A stretch of 63,991 nucleotides of DNA, filler included, from Nemertoderma westbladi (GCA_032718475.1; 5 parts of 5 records of this genome joined end to end with filler, not necessarily neighbours in it), one strand, 5' to 3'. Shown: positions 1 to 11,267, counted from the whole stretch's first letter. Notes: generated from the sequence alone by a model not told the origin. A program made the numbers and translations.

Positions 1-5
1 CAGAT

Positions 6-635
6 ATGACGGAATTAATCGAAGATGACCTTGGTGTTAGAGAGCGATATACTCTACCTTTACAAGCGTTTGTGGATAGCTTGATACGCGGTGAAGCCGA
101 TCCGACTATTACGGAGGATGACGGTCGTTACATCGAACCGCCGATGTCCCAGGAACAACTTACGCGTGAAGCGGACTATAGAAAATTCACCGCTCGCTAT
201 ACGAATCGCAATGGTACGTATATGGACTTCTTAACCACCGGCCATCCCACCGATTTACATGATACCGATGATGTAGACACTAAAAGGGAAATGGTTTTAT
301 TTAAATATCATTCTCAGCGGAATCGTAATGATAAACCGAGAATAGAACACGAGAACTCTATTCGCAACCTACTCGACAGAGAAAACGTTGAAGAACCCGA
401 TAAGCGTATCAACTTCAACGACTACGTGGAATTTTTGCGGGAAACCTATCTCAATATTGTCAGTCAACAGAACCTAGAGACTCGATATCCTCAAGGTATA
501 CATCACGATCCCATGGTAGAACTCAAACGACTCTATTTCACCATGATGTATCTTACCGCAGATCGTCCACTGCCTGTTGTCTCAGATAGCTTTGAACTAA
601 TAGAAGGGAACCACTGGAGAAGAGACATGAGTTGA
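6..635 (+). CDS. ORF-A of LTR family X (unknown function); 3' end interrupted at about 612
   Basis: Closely similar paralogue at 17400-18095 (MTELIEDxLG...TADRPLPVV). Similarity stops at about 612. No recognisable domain. Confidence 0.6.
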   Translation: MTELIEDDLGVRERYTLPLQAFVDSLIRGEADPTITEDDGRYIEPPMSQEQLTREADYRKFTARYTNRNGTYMDFLTTGHPTDLHDTDDVDTKREMVLFKYHSQRNRNDKPRIEHENSIRNLLDRENVEEPDKRINFNDYVEFLRETYLNIVSQQNLETRYPQGIHHDPMVELKRLYFTMMYLTADRPLPVVSDSFELIEGNHWRRDMS

Positions 636-1301
636 TGTCTAGGGTCCATAATGTGAATAGTTTTCCCCGGGGCACGGGTGCTCGCGGGCGGTCTCCTTCG
701 GGAGGCTGTAACTTTCTCTTCCTTCATCGTTTTCCTGTAATTATTGTGATCAGTGTCACAGTAAGCAGATAAGAATGAATGATGAGGTAACGGAAAACAT
801 GTCCATTGTGGTGTCTTATGGATACTACCATATCTCCTTCCTCCTCTTTACTCCCTTCATCGATCGACCAATCATACTGGTATCGTGGTATGAATCATAC
901 CGCTTCCTAATAAACCTCCCCACCCTTTACTGTTAATCTGGATGCCTATATTCGTGTCCGCATCTCCTGTCCATATACCATTGTGTTGGTATTTATAATA
1001 TCAACGCCCATCTCTTTGTCGTTGATTACATAATCAACCACCGATAATTTCCTTAGGTCCACGACCCGATACAAGGACTAAAGGGATACGCGGCTAATCT
1101 GTGAACAACTGGTACCATTGTGTGTCATAAATCTGGTTGTTCACCTCCCTTAATAATTGGGGATAAATTAATTTGGAGATAATCTTCGAATGACATAATC
1201 CTCCTACTGAGATCGTATTTTAAACCTTGTTGAATGTGTCATAGGTTTTCCTTGCCCTCTCCCATCGATGGCGGAAAACATGTTAGGCGTGCAACAGGAA
1301 T

Positions 1302-3077
1302 ATGGAGAACATTCCCTATCCTTTCGTGGATACTCAGCTGATAGCTCCTTGGGCCGAAGGCCGAGGTTTCTTTCGCACCATGTATGCTAATGTGTCTAGC
1401 AACATTACAAAGGTGCAACGAACTTCCATCGGACATCTTGCCTTTCAGGAATACGGGTGGAATTTCAAGGTCGGAAGTCCCATCAACTATCAACAAGTAT
1501 ACGGAGACCATTATTCTCGATTATACTTTGACGGACCATTAACCGCACCTGGCGCCGTGTATAGCTTCATGAGTGTTCCACTCCGTCCCTCCTTAGCTAT
1601 CTACACGATCTTCGAAAACACCGCACTTTCCGGTTGGCTAGCCGATGTGTGCAGTCGTACTATACGCGCCCATCCATTAATCCTTGGGACCAAACTCGCT
1701 AAGCTAGATGAACATAATAAATTCATCCGCTTTGAATGTTTCCGACGGTTTTTAACCCCGTTTCGCAACGTGGATAGCCAATTCAAAGACCGCGCTTTGA
1801 CCAAGCTCAGCTTAAGAGACTCAGCTGCGGAGAAGTTGGATAGCGCTGGATTCGCTATTTTCCGAGACATTTGTGTGATAAACCTGCACTCCTCGGTTAT
1901 CCAAAGACCTCGGATCCCCACCGGTTATTCTGTCGTGGAAATTCAGACGGTAGGTCCACTTGAGGAGACGGCCATACCTACCTCAACTATACAAGGGGAA
2001 GACGAACCCATATATTTAGAATCGGAAGAGATTCAGCCCCCCACGGCTCGGAGTAGCGATAGCGACTATATATTGGAATGGTATCAAGGTCCACAGTGTC
2101 TTACTGCGTATGATTATCGCCATGCCAATTATGTTTCTCGACAACGTTGTCGGCTGTGCGCATCGAGAGACCATATTACGTCTATGGACACCAACGATCT
2201 TTGTTCCTATTTCCACGAGCAACCGTCGATGGAAATCTATTGTGCATATTGTCGGCTTAATAATTTGCACATTTTTGCTGTCTGCCCCCAATTTATGACT
2301 CAATGCCATCATTGTCAATTAAAAGGACACGCCAGCTTTGATTGCCCCTTCAACCATGATTTAGAGAGCGTAGATGAAATGATTGTACTACGTTATATCA
2401 GAGCTTGGGAAGCGAACGCTGATTTACATTGTGATTCACGCCATCGCTATTATCCTGGACGCGCTTACGAAGGAGTTTATGCGTTCCATCCTTATTTGTT
2501 TGCCTCCGTCGAGCAGAAATCGCGCCTATCAAGTTATGAACTATTGAAGCGCGTTGGAGAATGTATTTCAACCAAATATGTACGTAAATTTCTCAGGAGC
2601 ATTAATCCGAGTGACATCCAGTCTTACAACTTAATAAACTTTATCCGTCAAGACCCTGCCTATGGAGACTTATTCGTCAACTCACACCCTGAGTTACAAG
2701 AAGTATATCGACGGCCTTACGAGTATCGAGCCCGCGAACGCGAGTTAGAAAGAACCATTAAACCAAGGAAGTTTCTAACTGCCTATGGTCCACCCACGGC
2801 CCTCGTTCAGACCACTCGTAAAGGACCCGTAAGAGCGGCTGTCTTGAAACGAGCTCTCAAAGCCGTTAGACCCCTCTCCCCGGACGTTGATGTCAATCAA
2901 CCCGGTACTTCGACCGGCGGATATACCGATCGCAATCCCATACCTTCTGATGCAATCATATTGCACCCTTCACCCAGGAGTTATAGCCCTCCTAGTAAAG
3001 TGGCTCGCCCCAAAGAGAAAAGGACTCTTGCTAGCTTCAAAAAACTGCGTAAACGCCGTCCGCGCAAGAAAGACTAA
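1302..3077 (+). CDS. 591-aa triple zinc-knuckle (CCHC-like) protein, ORF-B of LTR family X
   Basis: CRLCASRDH...C, CAYCRLNNLHIFAVC, CHHCQLKGHASFDC, then WEANAD...RHR...G; basic C-terminus KKLRKRRPRKKD; ends 78 bp before the LTR at 3156. Confidence 0.75.
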   Translation: MENIPYPFVDTQLIAPWAEGRGFFRTMYANVSSNITKVQRTSIGHLAFQEYGWNFKVGSPINYQQVYGDHYSRLYFDGPLTAPGAVYSFMSVPLRPSLAIYTIFENTALSGWLADVCSRTIRAHPLILGTKLAKLDEHNKFIRFECFRRFLTPFRNVDSQFKDRALTKLSLRDSAAEKLDSAGFAIFRDICVINLHSSVIQRPRIPTGYSVVEIQTVGPLEETAIPTSTIQGEDEPIYLESEEIQPPTARSSDSDYILEWYQGPQCLTAYDYRHANYVSRQRCRLCASRDHITSMDTNDLCSYFHEQPSMEIYCAYCRLNNLHIFAVCPQFMTQCHHCQLKGHASFDCPFNHDLESVDEMIVLRYIRAWEANADLHCDSRHRYYPGRAYEGVYAFHPYLFASVEQKSRLSSYELLKRVGECISTKYVRKFLRSINPSDIQSYNLINFIRQDPAYGDLFVNSHPELQEVYRRPYEYRARERELERTIKPRKFLTAYGPPTALVQTTRKGPVRAAVLKRALKAVRPLSPDVDVNQPGTSTGGYTDRNPIPSDAIILHPSPRSYSPPSKVARPKEKRTLASFKKLRKRRPRKKD

Positions 3078-3155
3078 CTGTTTAGAGTATTTTTGTATTT
3101 TAGAAACTGTGATTTTGTATATTTTATAGACTTAAATCCCATTTTCTGGGAGCGG

Positions 3156-4413
3156 TGTAAAAGCTTTTGTGGGATAACTGATACGTTTGCCTTTGCTGGC
3201 CAGTTCCCCCCCAGGCGCTGGAATACTCTAAAAGGGTTCTCTGACTGTATATATATTCCCCTCGCCCGCAAGGTACCTTTACAGGTGTTTTAACGGACAT
3301 AAAAGTAATTCTGCTATATACGTGTTTTAGTGGACATGGTAAGGCAAAAAACCTGCAATGCACCAACTACCTTTCACAGCTTAGCCGTGATAATTCATAT
3401 TACGACATCTAACAGCTGGTTGCTGACATGGAAACAGCCATTGGATGCATGGTTCTTTGTTTGGCTTGAGCCAATCAGAGCGATTTTTCCTGTCGACGTG
3501 TAGCTTTTAGTCGATCATAAGGAGAGTGTTCAGTCTTACTGCCTGACTTGTTACTTTGTTGTTATTGCTGTCTAAGCCAGAAACACCGGCCTTTAGGGAA
3601 GAACTCTAGTAAACTGCTTGAATTATCGAAAGTATAAACTGTTACCTTAACGAATCTTAATTAATTAATCAATCGAATCGAAAGACAGCATTAACTCACT
3701 TAATTTAATTGCATTAATCATATTGTTTGTACTGTTATTTTACCGTCAGTTATTAATTGTACCTATTTGTTGATGGAAATATTGCTATTTGGATAATACG
3801 GATAAATCACCCAAATTCCCAATTTTCTTGATACACTACAGGTTAGAGAGACCGGCTATACATAACAATTGCGATTTATATTAATGTGGTGTGTATTGAA
3901 TCCAATGTTATTTAGCAGACCCTACGTGAGTCAATTACTGCTCTCTTTATGTGTGATCAAATATACTGACTGTCGGCATAATAGTGTGTATGATTGTGAT
4001 TGGTAACAAAGTATTTCCTAAAGAATACGCTTTATACTTCAATCATAAGCAGTATCGTTGCGTTTTAGTATAAGTCTTAGTTCTGTTTAAATAGATAAAG
4101 CGCCACGTCCTAAAGGAACTGTTAATATTTCTCGAAAGCCAATAATATCTGTCAGAGATTAATTATTAACGATCTATCGAATAATACATTAGGTATACAC
4201 TGCAACCTTACACTGTAATAATACAATTCAAGCATCCGAATTCAGTCTCCCGGGTGTAGATCCATCGGGTGAATGATCGCGCATGGGCTGACTTCGGCTA
4301 ATGTTTTGCGTATTAGCATAAAATATTGTCGTATGCTAAAGTGGTTTTAATTAACTAGAAGACATATAAATTTTGGCAGGTTAAACTGCTAAAGGTCTTC
4401 AAAAGCGCGAACA
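3156..4413 (+). mobile_element. LTR of family X (about 1.26 kb), probable 3' LTR
   Basis: Starts TGTAAAAGCTTTTGTGGGATAAC, ends AAAAGCGCGAACA; the same termini delimit copies at 18996-20190 and 21447-22678; preceded by GGGAGCGG (weak PPT). Confidence 0.75.
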
Positions 4414-4585
4414 GGTTCGATCCTCACATAGGCCAGGACAGTTTTCGTTTCGGCACGAATGCTTTAAAGGGACCAGCCAGGGCGCATCTCTGCCTTGGAT
4501 CCTTAAGTGGTAGCAAATTAGGACTGGAGTTTCCTTTGGGGAGTAAAGTTCTGGGGGGACCGCACTGGTAATAAGTCGTCACGTC
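4414..4585 (+). mobile_element. Possible tRNA-derived SINE remnant cut by the LTR insertion
   Basis: Begins with a Pol III B-box-like GGTTCGATCC directly after the LTR end. No second copy in the window. Confidence 0.3.
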
Positions 4586-4666
4586 AGACTTTTTGCATAA
4601 TTGCGTAATTTTTAAAAAGACAACTTCTTCAGATATAAAATTCCTTACTTAAATAAACATTACTTA

Positions 4667-5034
4667 GGGGCCGTTCGCAAATGATGTCACGCTATTTTTG
4701 ACGATTTTCGACCTCCCCCCCCCCCCCCCCCCCCCCCACCATCTGTCACAATCTGTCACCAATTTTATAACCCTACAACCCCCTCGAACGTCACGCCACA
4801 AAAATAACCTGTATAGTTAATAAATTAATAAATTATTATGTTAAAACTACTGAAGTACTGGTACCGGTATATTTAGTAAGTTTTTATTATAATATATATA
4901 GAAATATTTTATTGTGTAATAAATTTGGTATTTGTAAAACGTATTTTTTTTGTTCACAAAAGTGTTATTGTGACGTCACAAGTATAGCAACCCCCCCCCC
5001 CCCCTTGACCCTGACATCATTACTGCACGGCCCC
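4667..5034. mobile_element. PIF/Harbinger-type MITE
   Basis: Imperfect TIRs GGGGCCGTTCGCAAATGATGTCA / TGACATCATTACTGCACGGCCCC flanked by TTA on both sides (4664-4666, 5035-5037); non-coding. Confidence 0.7.
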
Positions 5035-5091
5035 TTAGACCAATCAAGTGACTTATATTTCTACATTACACCCATACCCCCCCCCCCCCCG

Positions 5092-5652
5092 TGTTAGCTT
5101 ATCCAATTCCGCTAACCCAACCCATAAAGTGAGGTTTAAGCAATATTGGGGAACACGAGGGTAATCAACCAACCTCGTGTCACCCCAACAAAGTGGGAAG
5201 GAGAAACATACGCACAATAGGGGTCAGGGGTTACACCCCTGAGAGAGAGAGAATGGCAGGGGCGAAGGGAAGCACTTCAGGGGAGGTAAAAGGGCGACAA
5301 CAGGGTTATTAGCCAATGGGGGGAAGGCACCGACTGATTAATGTAACAACGGCCAACCGTGCAATATATATTATCAGTACAGCAAATCATTTAGTCAGTG
5401 TGTCATTTAGTCAGTGCATAGTTAGGTTAGTTTAGCTAGGGAAGTACCGGGACTTTAATTACCGTCCTCGTTACCCGTCTTCCGTTTACTATCAACGTGT
5501 ATCATTTATCTGTATCACCTATATTTCATCTTATATTATTATACCCGGAGAGCTATATACAACGATCAATAAACTCTTTCACCTTTCACACACGGCAGAG
5601 ACGCGTGGATTGAAAACCGGATAAACCGGGATCCTCCGTGGATCCCATCACA
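5092..5652 (+). repeat. 5' LTR of family Y
   Basis: Direct repeat of 8301-8861; TGTTAG...TCACA; contains CCAAT, a TATA-like AATATATATT and AATAAA. Confidence 0.93.
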
Positions 5653-5747
5653 GTAATTAAAACCAACTGCTGCCCTAGCTAGTAATTAAACCCAAACTGC
5701 TGCCCTAGTTAACCAATAATTAAAGACCAAACAGACACCCTAGTGAG

Positions 5748-7587
5748 ATGAGCCAAATAGGAGAGACGACACCGCCGCGGACCCCAGATGGAGACCTAAC
5801 GATCCGCAAGGCCGCAACGCGATGATATAGACCCGCAACGCCGGACCCATCGACTACGGGCGACCCAGCGATCCAAGATGAGGGGGGCCGTCTACAGTCG
5901 GAAAGCGAGACGGGAGAGGAGAAAGACGAGTCGACACGGAGCGAGGGTCGACGTACCAATGTCGCCGGCCAGCCACAGGCCGAGGGCGACGGACGGCCCA
6001 CCGGAACGGCGACGGTGGGGCCGCCGGTACGACGCCGGACCCGGAGAGATAGAGGAGACATCGGCGACGAGGACGTCGGGGTCAGCGATCGACTTCGACG
6101 GGCCTACAACGCGACCCGGAAACAACTGAAGGAGGCCAAAGGAGGGGCGAATATAGATGAGGTAAAGTTGAGGAAAGGACTAGGTGAGTCGAACGAACAC
6201 TTTGACTATCTACTGTGCTTTGGGCAGAGAGAACTAGCCGAGGAGAGAGCAAGAGGGGTTGCCAGCGAACTGTGTGATCTATGGGAGTGTAGGGGTATGC
6301 AGCCTAGTGTGGTGTACATAGGGCCATACATAGCCGATGCCCGGGGAGTAAAATTAGTGGGTTGGAGGAGACCTGAGGAGGGCGAATTCGAGGTTAACCC
6401 CGAGGATTCGGTCTCGTCGGTCGGAGGGAATTCCGGGAGGCGGGGGAGAGTTAGCAGGTCGGGAAGGCGGAGGGAATCCGTCACAACCGATAAGTCTGCT
6501 ACATCCTCCGTGAAAGAAAGACAGGTGGTGACGGCCAGTGGGGCGAGAGCCTTCTGGGACAGACCCGGCAAGCGGGCCTGGGTGCACGAGGAGCCGGCGA
6601 TGGATTTCGCGGGGAGCACCATCAGATTGGGCGAGCAACCGGGGACGGAACCACGGGTAGTATTCGGAGAGACGATGCCCGGGAGGGGCGAGGAGATCGA
6701 CGTGAACTACTACTACTACTACTAGGTCGAGCGAACTCGGACAGTGTAAATGAGATCCTTCCAGGCTTCTCGACGTGAACAGGGACGCTAATGTCCAAAG
6801 GTTCGCTCAACAGCGACTCCACAGACCGTGGAGATCGCTTGGGCCAAAAGATGACGTGGGACGGGAGACATTTGTACTCGGCTGCGACTACTGTGGGAGA
6901 CAGACCCACCAGGAAAGAAGCTGTTTGTACCGGTTCCAGAAGGGGACTAGTTGTCTCTATTGCCGCGAATCGAGTCACAGGATGGGGGCGTGTCCACGGT
7001 TGCACAACCGATGTTCGAAGTGTAACTTTCGGGGGCACTACGGGCGCCAGTGCGACTGGATGGACGACGAAGAGAAGTTTAGAATCTTCGAGGAGTGGGC
7101 CGATGTCGGGGCCATGACACGGCAACGTATGAAGGCTCAGGAGTTCAGGTGGGGCTTCTTCAGTATTAATCAGGAGGCCCACTTGGAGATCATCAAACAG
7201 AGACTTCCGTTTACCTATCAGGAAGTAGCAACGGCGGCGTCGTATGCCGGGTTGATAAATACGCAAAGGTATCTAGACAGGTGGACACCACAGAACCGAG
7301 GGGAGTTCAGGGATTTCTTGGCGAAGCATGTGCCGCGGGCAATGAAAACGATCTTATGGGACGCCACCAGGGGGAGACAGCAGGGTCACTCGGAGGGGCC
7401 ACCCACGAAACGATACCGGGAACTGATAACACCAGCGCCCAAGGAGCCGACGACCGGGATCAGCAAGGAGGTGACGGCGAAGGTCAGGGGCCTAAAGGGA
7501 GATAAGGCCAAGGGAGCGGCAGCGGCCAGGAAACAACCAAGGGAGGAGGACGACAGGGGGAAAGACCTGAGATGGTTCCCAAAGTAA
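5748..7587 (+). pseudogene. Single ~588-codon ORF of family Y (triple zinc-knuckle protein), disrupted by one stop and a LINE insertion
   Basis: ATG 5748 is in frame with ORF 6015-6725 except for TGA at 5823-5825. Removing 6708-6780 (insert plus one TSD copy) fuses it in frame to ORF 6775-7587 (...EIDVN|RDANV...). CDYCGRQTHQERSC, CLYCRESSHRMGAC, CSKCNFRGHYGRQC, FEEWADVG...WGFF. Confidence 0.85.
6708..6769 (-). mobile_element. 62-bp 5'-truncated RTE-B insertion
   Basis: Reverse complement of the 3' end of the LINE ending at 56855 (CACTGTCCGAGTTCGCTCGACC(TAG)n); 11-bp TSD TCGACGTGAAC at 6697-6707 and 6770-6780. Confidence 0.92.
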
Positions 7588-8300
7588 GGCGGGACAAACT
7601 GAGACTTCAAAGTGGTGTGCCTGGAAGGCACCACGCGAAACGTGCGAACTCTTTTAAGTACAAATTCAAGTAATCTAAAATAATAAAATAAGTGCAATTT
7701 GTATGTACATACGTAGTAAATCGGTAACCTAGCGACAAAATATATATTCGAAGTAAGTACTATAGTCATACAACCTTTCTCAATTAGCTACTGGGACTGG
7801 GGGCCAACTGACTATGGCACTATGGACGAGACATTAGACGATTTCACACTTCTTGAGTGCGACGGCAAAGGAGGGGGGGTGAGATTCGTCAGAAGGAGTG
7901 AATAAGTGAGAATAGGGGTCGAGCAAGAGGTAATAGTGTGGAGTGTGAAGAGAGTGTGGGCGCAATTCAAGTGTGGGAAGGGGGGGAGAAGTAAGAGGCA
8001 GAGGGAGGGACGAGGAGGTCCTAGAGTATGTGAGAGTTAGGGCGAAAGCGTTGGGGAAGCAAAATTGTGTGAGAGAAGCGCACGATCAGCCCAACACAGG
8101 ACGCCACATGTCTTGGTACAAGATAGGTAGAGTTGTACCAAGATGGGGTAGCATTATCATACCCATAGGGAGTGGCCTGGAAAGCCAACTCAAAGAAAAT
8201 AGACCCACCCCACACCCGATACTAGATCGGGATCCAGCGGAAATGTAGCGCACTAGAGGTGGATGCTATCTTCTCACCGGGAAGATAGCATGGGGGGGAG

Positions 8301-8861
8301 TGTTAGCTTATCCAATTCCGCTAACCCAACCCATAAAGTGAGGTTTAAGCAATATTGGGGAACACGAGGGTAATCAACCAACCTCGTGTCACCCCAACAA
8401 AGTGGGAAGGAGAAACATACGCACAATAGGGGTCAGGGGTTACACCCCTGAGAGAGAGAGAATGGCAGGGGCGAAGGGAAGCACTTCAGGGGAGGTAAAA
8501 GGGCAACAACAAGGTTATTAGCCAATGGGGGGAAGGCACCGGCTGAGTAATGTAACAACGGCCAACCGTGCAATATATATTATCAGTACAGCAAATCATT
8601 TAGTCAGTGTGTCATTTAGTCAGTGCATAGTTAGGTTAGTTTAGCTAGGGAAGTACCGGGACTTTAATTACCGTCCTTGTTACCCATCTTCCGTTTACTA
8701 TCAACGTGTATCATTTATCTGTATCACCTATATTTCATCTTATATTATTATACCCGGAGAGCTATATACAACGATCAATAAACTCTTTCACCTTTCATAC
8801 ACGGCGGGGACGCGTGGATTGAAAACTGGATAAACCGGGATCCTCCGTGGATCCCGTCACA
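8301..8861 (+). repeat. 3' LTR of family Y
   Basis: Direct repeat of 5092-5652, preceded by a PPT and followed by TSD CCCCG. Confidence 0.93.
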
Positions 8862-11267
8862 CCCCGGGAGCTACAATGTCTACCTATCTGTAGAAGGATT
8901 GATTTTAAGATCGCAACACTAGTTTTATAAGTGTCTACACGGTTTGGCGCCAGACTACCTACCGAATCTACTTGATAAATATGAGCCTTGTCGTACCCTG
9001 GGATCACGGAATCTGAATTTATTGTATGAACCTTGTTTATATATTTATTGTATGTTATTGTATGTTATCAGCTTGTAAATTTATGGTCAATAAAGGTCTA
9101 ATATACGTTAATATAATGACACATATGTAAAATAGATATTTTATATTTTTCCACTTGGGTTTATCAGTAAAAGAAAAGTTATAACTAATTTAATAAAATG
9201 ATACATTTATAAATTACATACAAAATTAATTTGGCTATAAATAAATATATTAATCAAAAGTCTTTCAGAAATTTATAAATATGTTTTTAGAAAACATTAC
9301 TTACTTAACTAAATATAGAATAATAAATGGAACACAATTAAATTAAATCACAACAACTCAACAGAATATACAAATAAATATTAAAAATTAATGAATAGGG
9401 TTAGCTCACAATAATGATGCTACAATAATTATTAGCTGAACATCTGACTTGGTTTCCTGTCACCGTTCCATATCTGTGTTACATATGAATGTAAGTATAG
9501 GAACGAACCCCCTGTGTATCCAATACAGAACCCCGAGGTTTACCTAGTCTGTAACCCATCCACTGGTCGCTGTAATTAATGCTAAGTATATCCTTTATAA
9601 GGATATAAATAGCTGAACTGGTGTTTTTGGGTGCAGAAAGGAGTGCGATTGTCCAAACAGAGTTGATAGTTTAGTAACACGGACGGACGTACAATGACGT
9701 AGGGTTGTCGGGTAACTTTAGGGAAACCACAACCAGCCACAGTGGGACCGAGATAATTAGAATAGATTAGATAAACATATAACATTATAGTAGTTCTGAA
9801 TGGGAACCAACTCCGTTACACTCATTGTAAACCAATGTTTTATTGGTTAAATAATATAACCAATGGGAACCTGTGAGTTATAATTAAAACGTTTTTTTTA
9901 GTGGATGGTCCAGGTTTGTGTCTACCAAAGGGACACGTAGCAGATACACAGGTATTACACGAATACTCAAAACAGATAATATGGGAATAAAATTGAACAA
10001 AAACGAATTAAAATGAAAATCAATTGAGGGAAATTTATATCATTTATGTATTTATATCTGATATAAATTAATTATTTTATATCTAATTTTAGCGATTATT
10101 GCGAGCTCTCCCTATGCAAAATAATTAAATCATTATTATTATTTATAAAATTAATATAAATAAAGGTATAAAATTCCCATAATATAAATTATTACATAAA
10201 CCTATTTATAATACTGGCCCTCAACATCAATACTATTAAATATTTTCGGTAACTGAATATAATATTCTGTGAGATACGGGATTGAACTGGTGTTATTCAA
10301 TCATTTGATCTGATCTTCTTTTGAATACTTAGGAGAGTTTGAGTTTAGAACATCGGAACTACTGTCTGTCTGTAGGGTTGGATTACTTTATTGGGATGTT
10401 ATTTGTTAATTTGTTGATTTGTTATAATTAAGTTTCTCTTCTCTGATATTCCAATATTATATATAATAATCTGCTTCTGTTTTCTTATAATCCAAATGGC
10501 ATCTTGTTTGGTTTGCGATTATTCTGTAAATATAGGAATGAAATAGGTCCATAAAATTTGCATATTATTGAAACTTTTTTTATGTTACATTTCTTTATAT
10601 AATATTTAATTTATTTCGAATATGCATCAAACAATACCCCCCACCAACAGTCAACATGAATTCATTGACCAAGTAGAAAAGGGCGGGAAATTTAAAACTA
10701 TCAGTATGATAGGCCCTAATGATATAAGGCGGGAAATTTAAAACGATTTCAACATTGAAACTATTTCAATGCAACTAAATAGTACAGTAATAATTTTAAG
10801 GAGCATTTCTAACATTCTAAAAGGAGAAATTTCTTCCTGACTGAAAACCAAAATTAGTTCTAGAGGCCTTTGGGACTCAATGTAACTCACCTTATTATAT
10901 CGAAGATTCAACTCCTTAAATAAATCGGATTGTTGGTCTAGTTGGAATATAAGATATGTTGCCGAAATCTCAATGTTAAATAATAATCTGTCCGAGTTGA
11001 ACTGAAGTTGTTGATTTAGAAGTCAAGAGTTGATACTTGTCTGGAAAATAGCAAAACGGAAAAATAATATTATGATTTCATATTAAAAATCCCTCCCAGC
11101 CCAGTGTAAAAATTGAAATCTGCATCAGCAATATATATTTAAATTCGTCGCTCGTACGAGTTAGTAATTCATTCATATGAGTTTGTAAAAACTATTTCTT
11201 TCTTTCATGTCCCTTTAGGGGCTACGTAAATAAAGATTAGCTTATCTAACAATGAATTTGAATGAAT

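Larger units (their letters stand above)
5092..8861 (+). mobile_element. Complete non-autonomous (pol-less) LTR retroelement, family Y
   Basis: Two 561-bp TG...CA LTRs (5092-5652, 8301-8861) with about 11 differences by eye; 5-bp TSD CCCCG (5087-5091, 8862-8866); PPT GGGGGGGAG before the 3' LTR; no RT/IN/PR motifs inside. Confidence 0.93.

Noticed and set aside
6015-6725. Separate gag ORF with a programmed frameshift or readthrough into 6775-7587
   Set aside because: The break is fully explained by a LINE-tail insertion with an 11-bp TSD.
9380-10530. AT-rich region as coding sequence under an alternative genetic code
   Set aside because: The minus-strand frames I tried gave no recognisable protein even when reading TAA/TAG as Gln; other genes in the window use the standard code.
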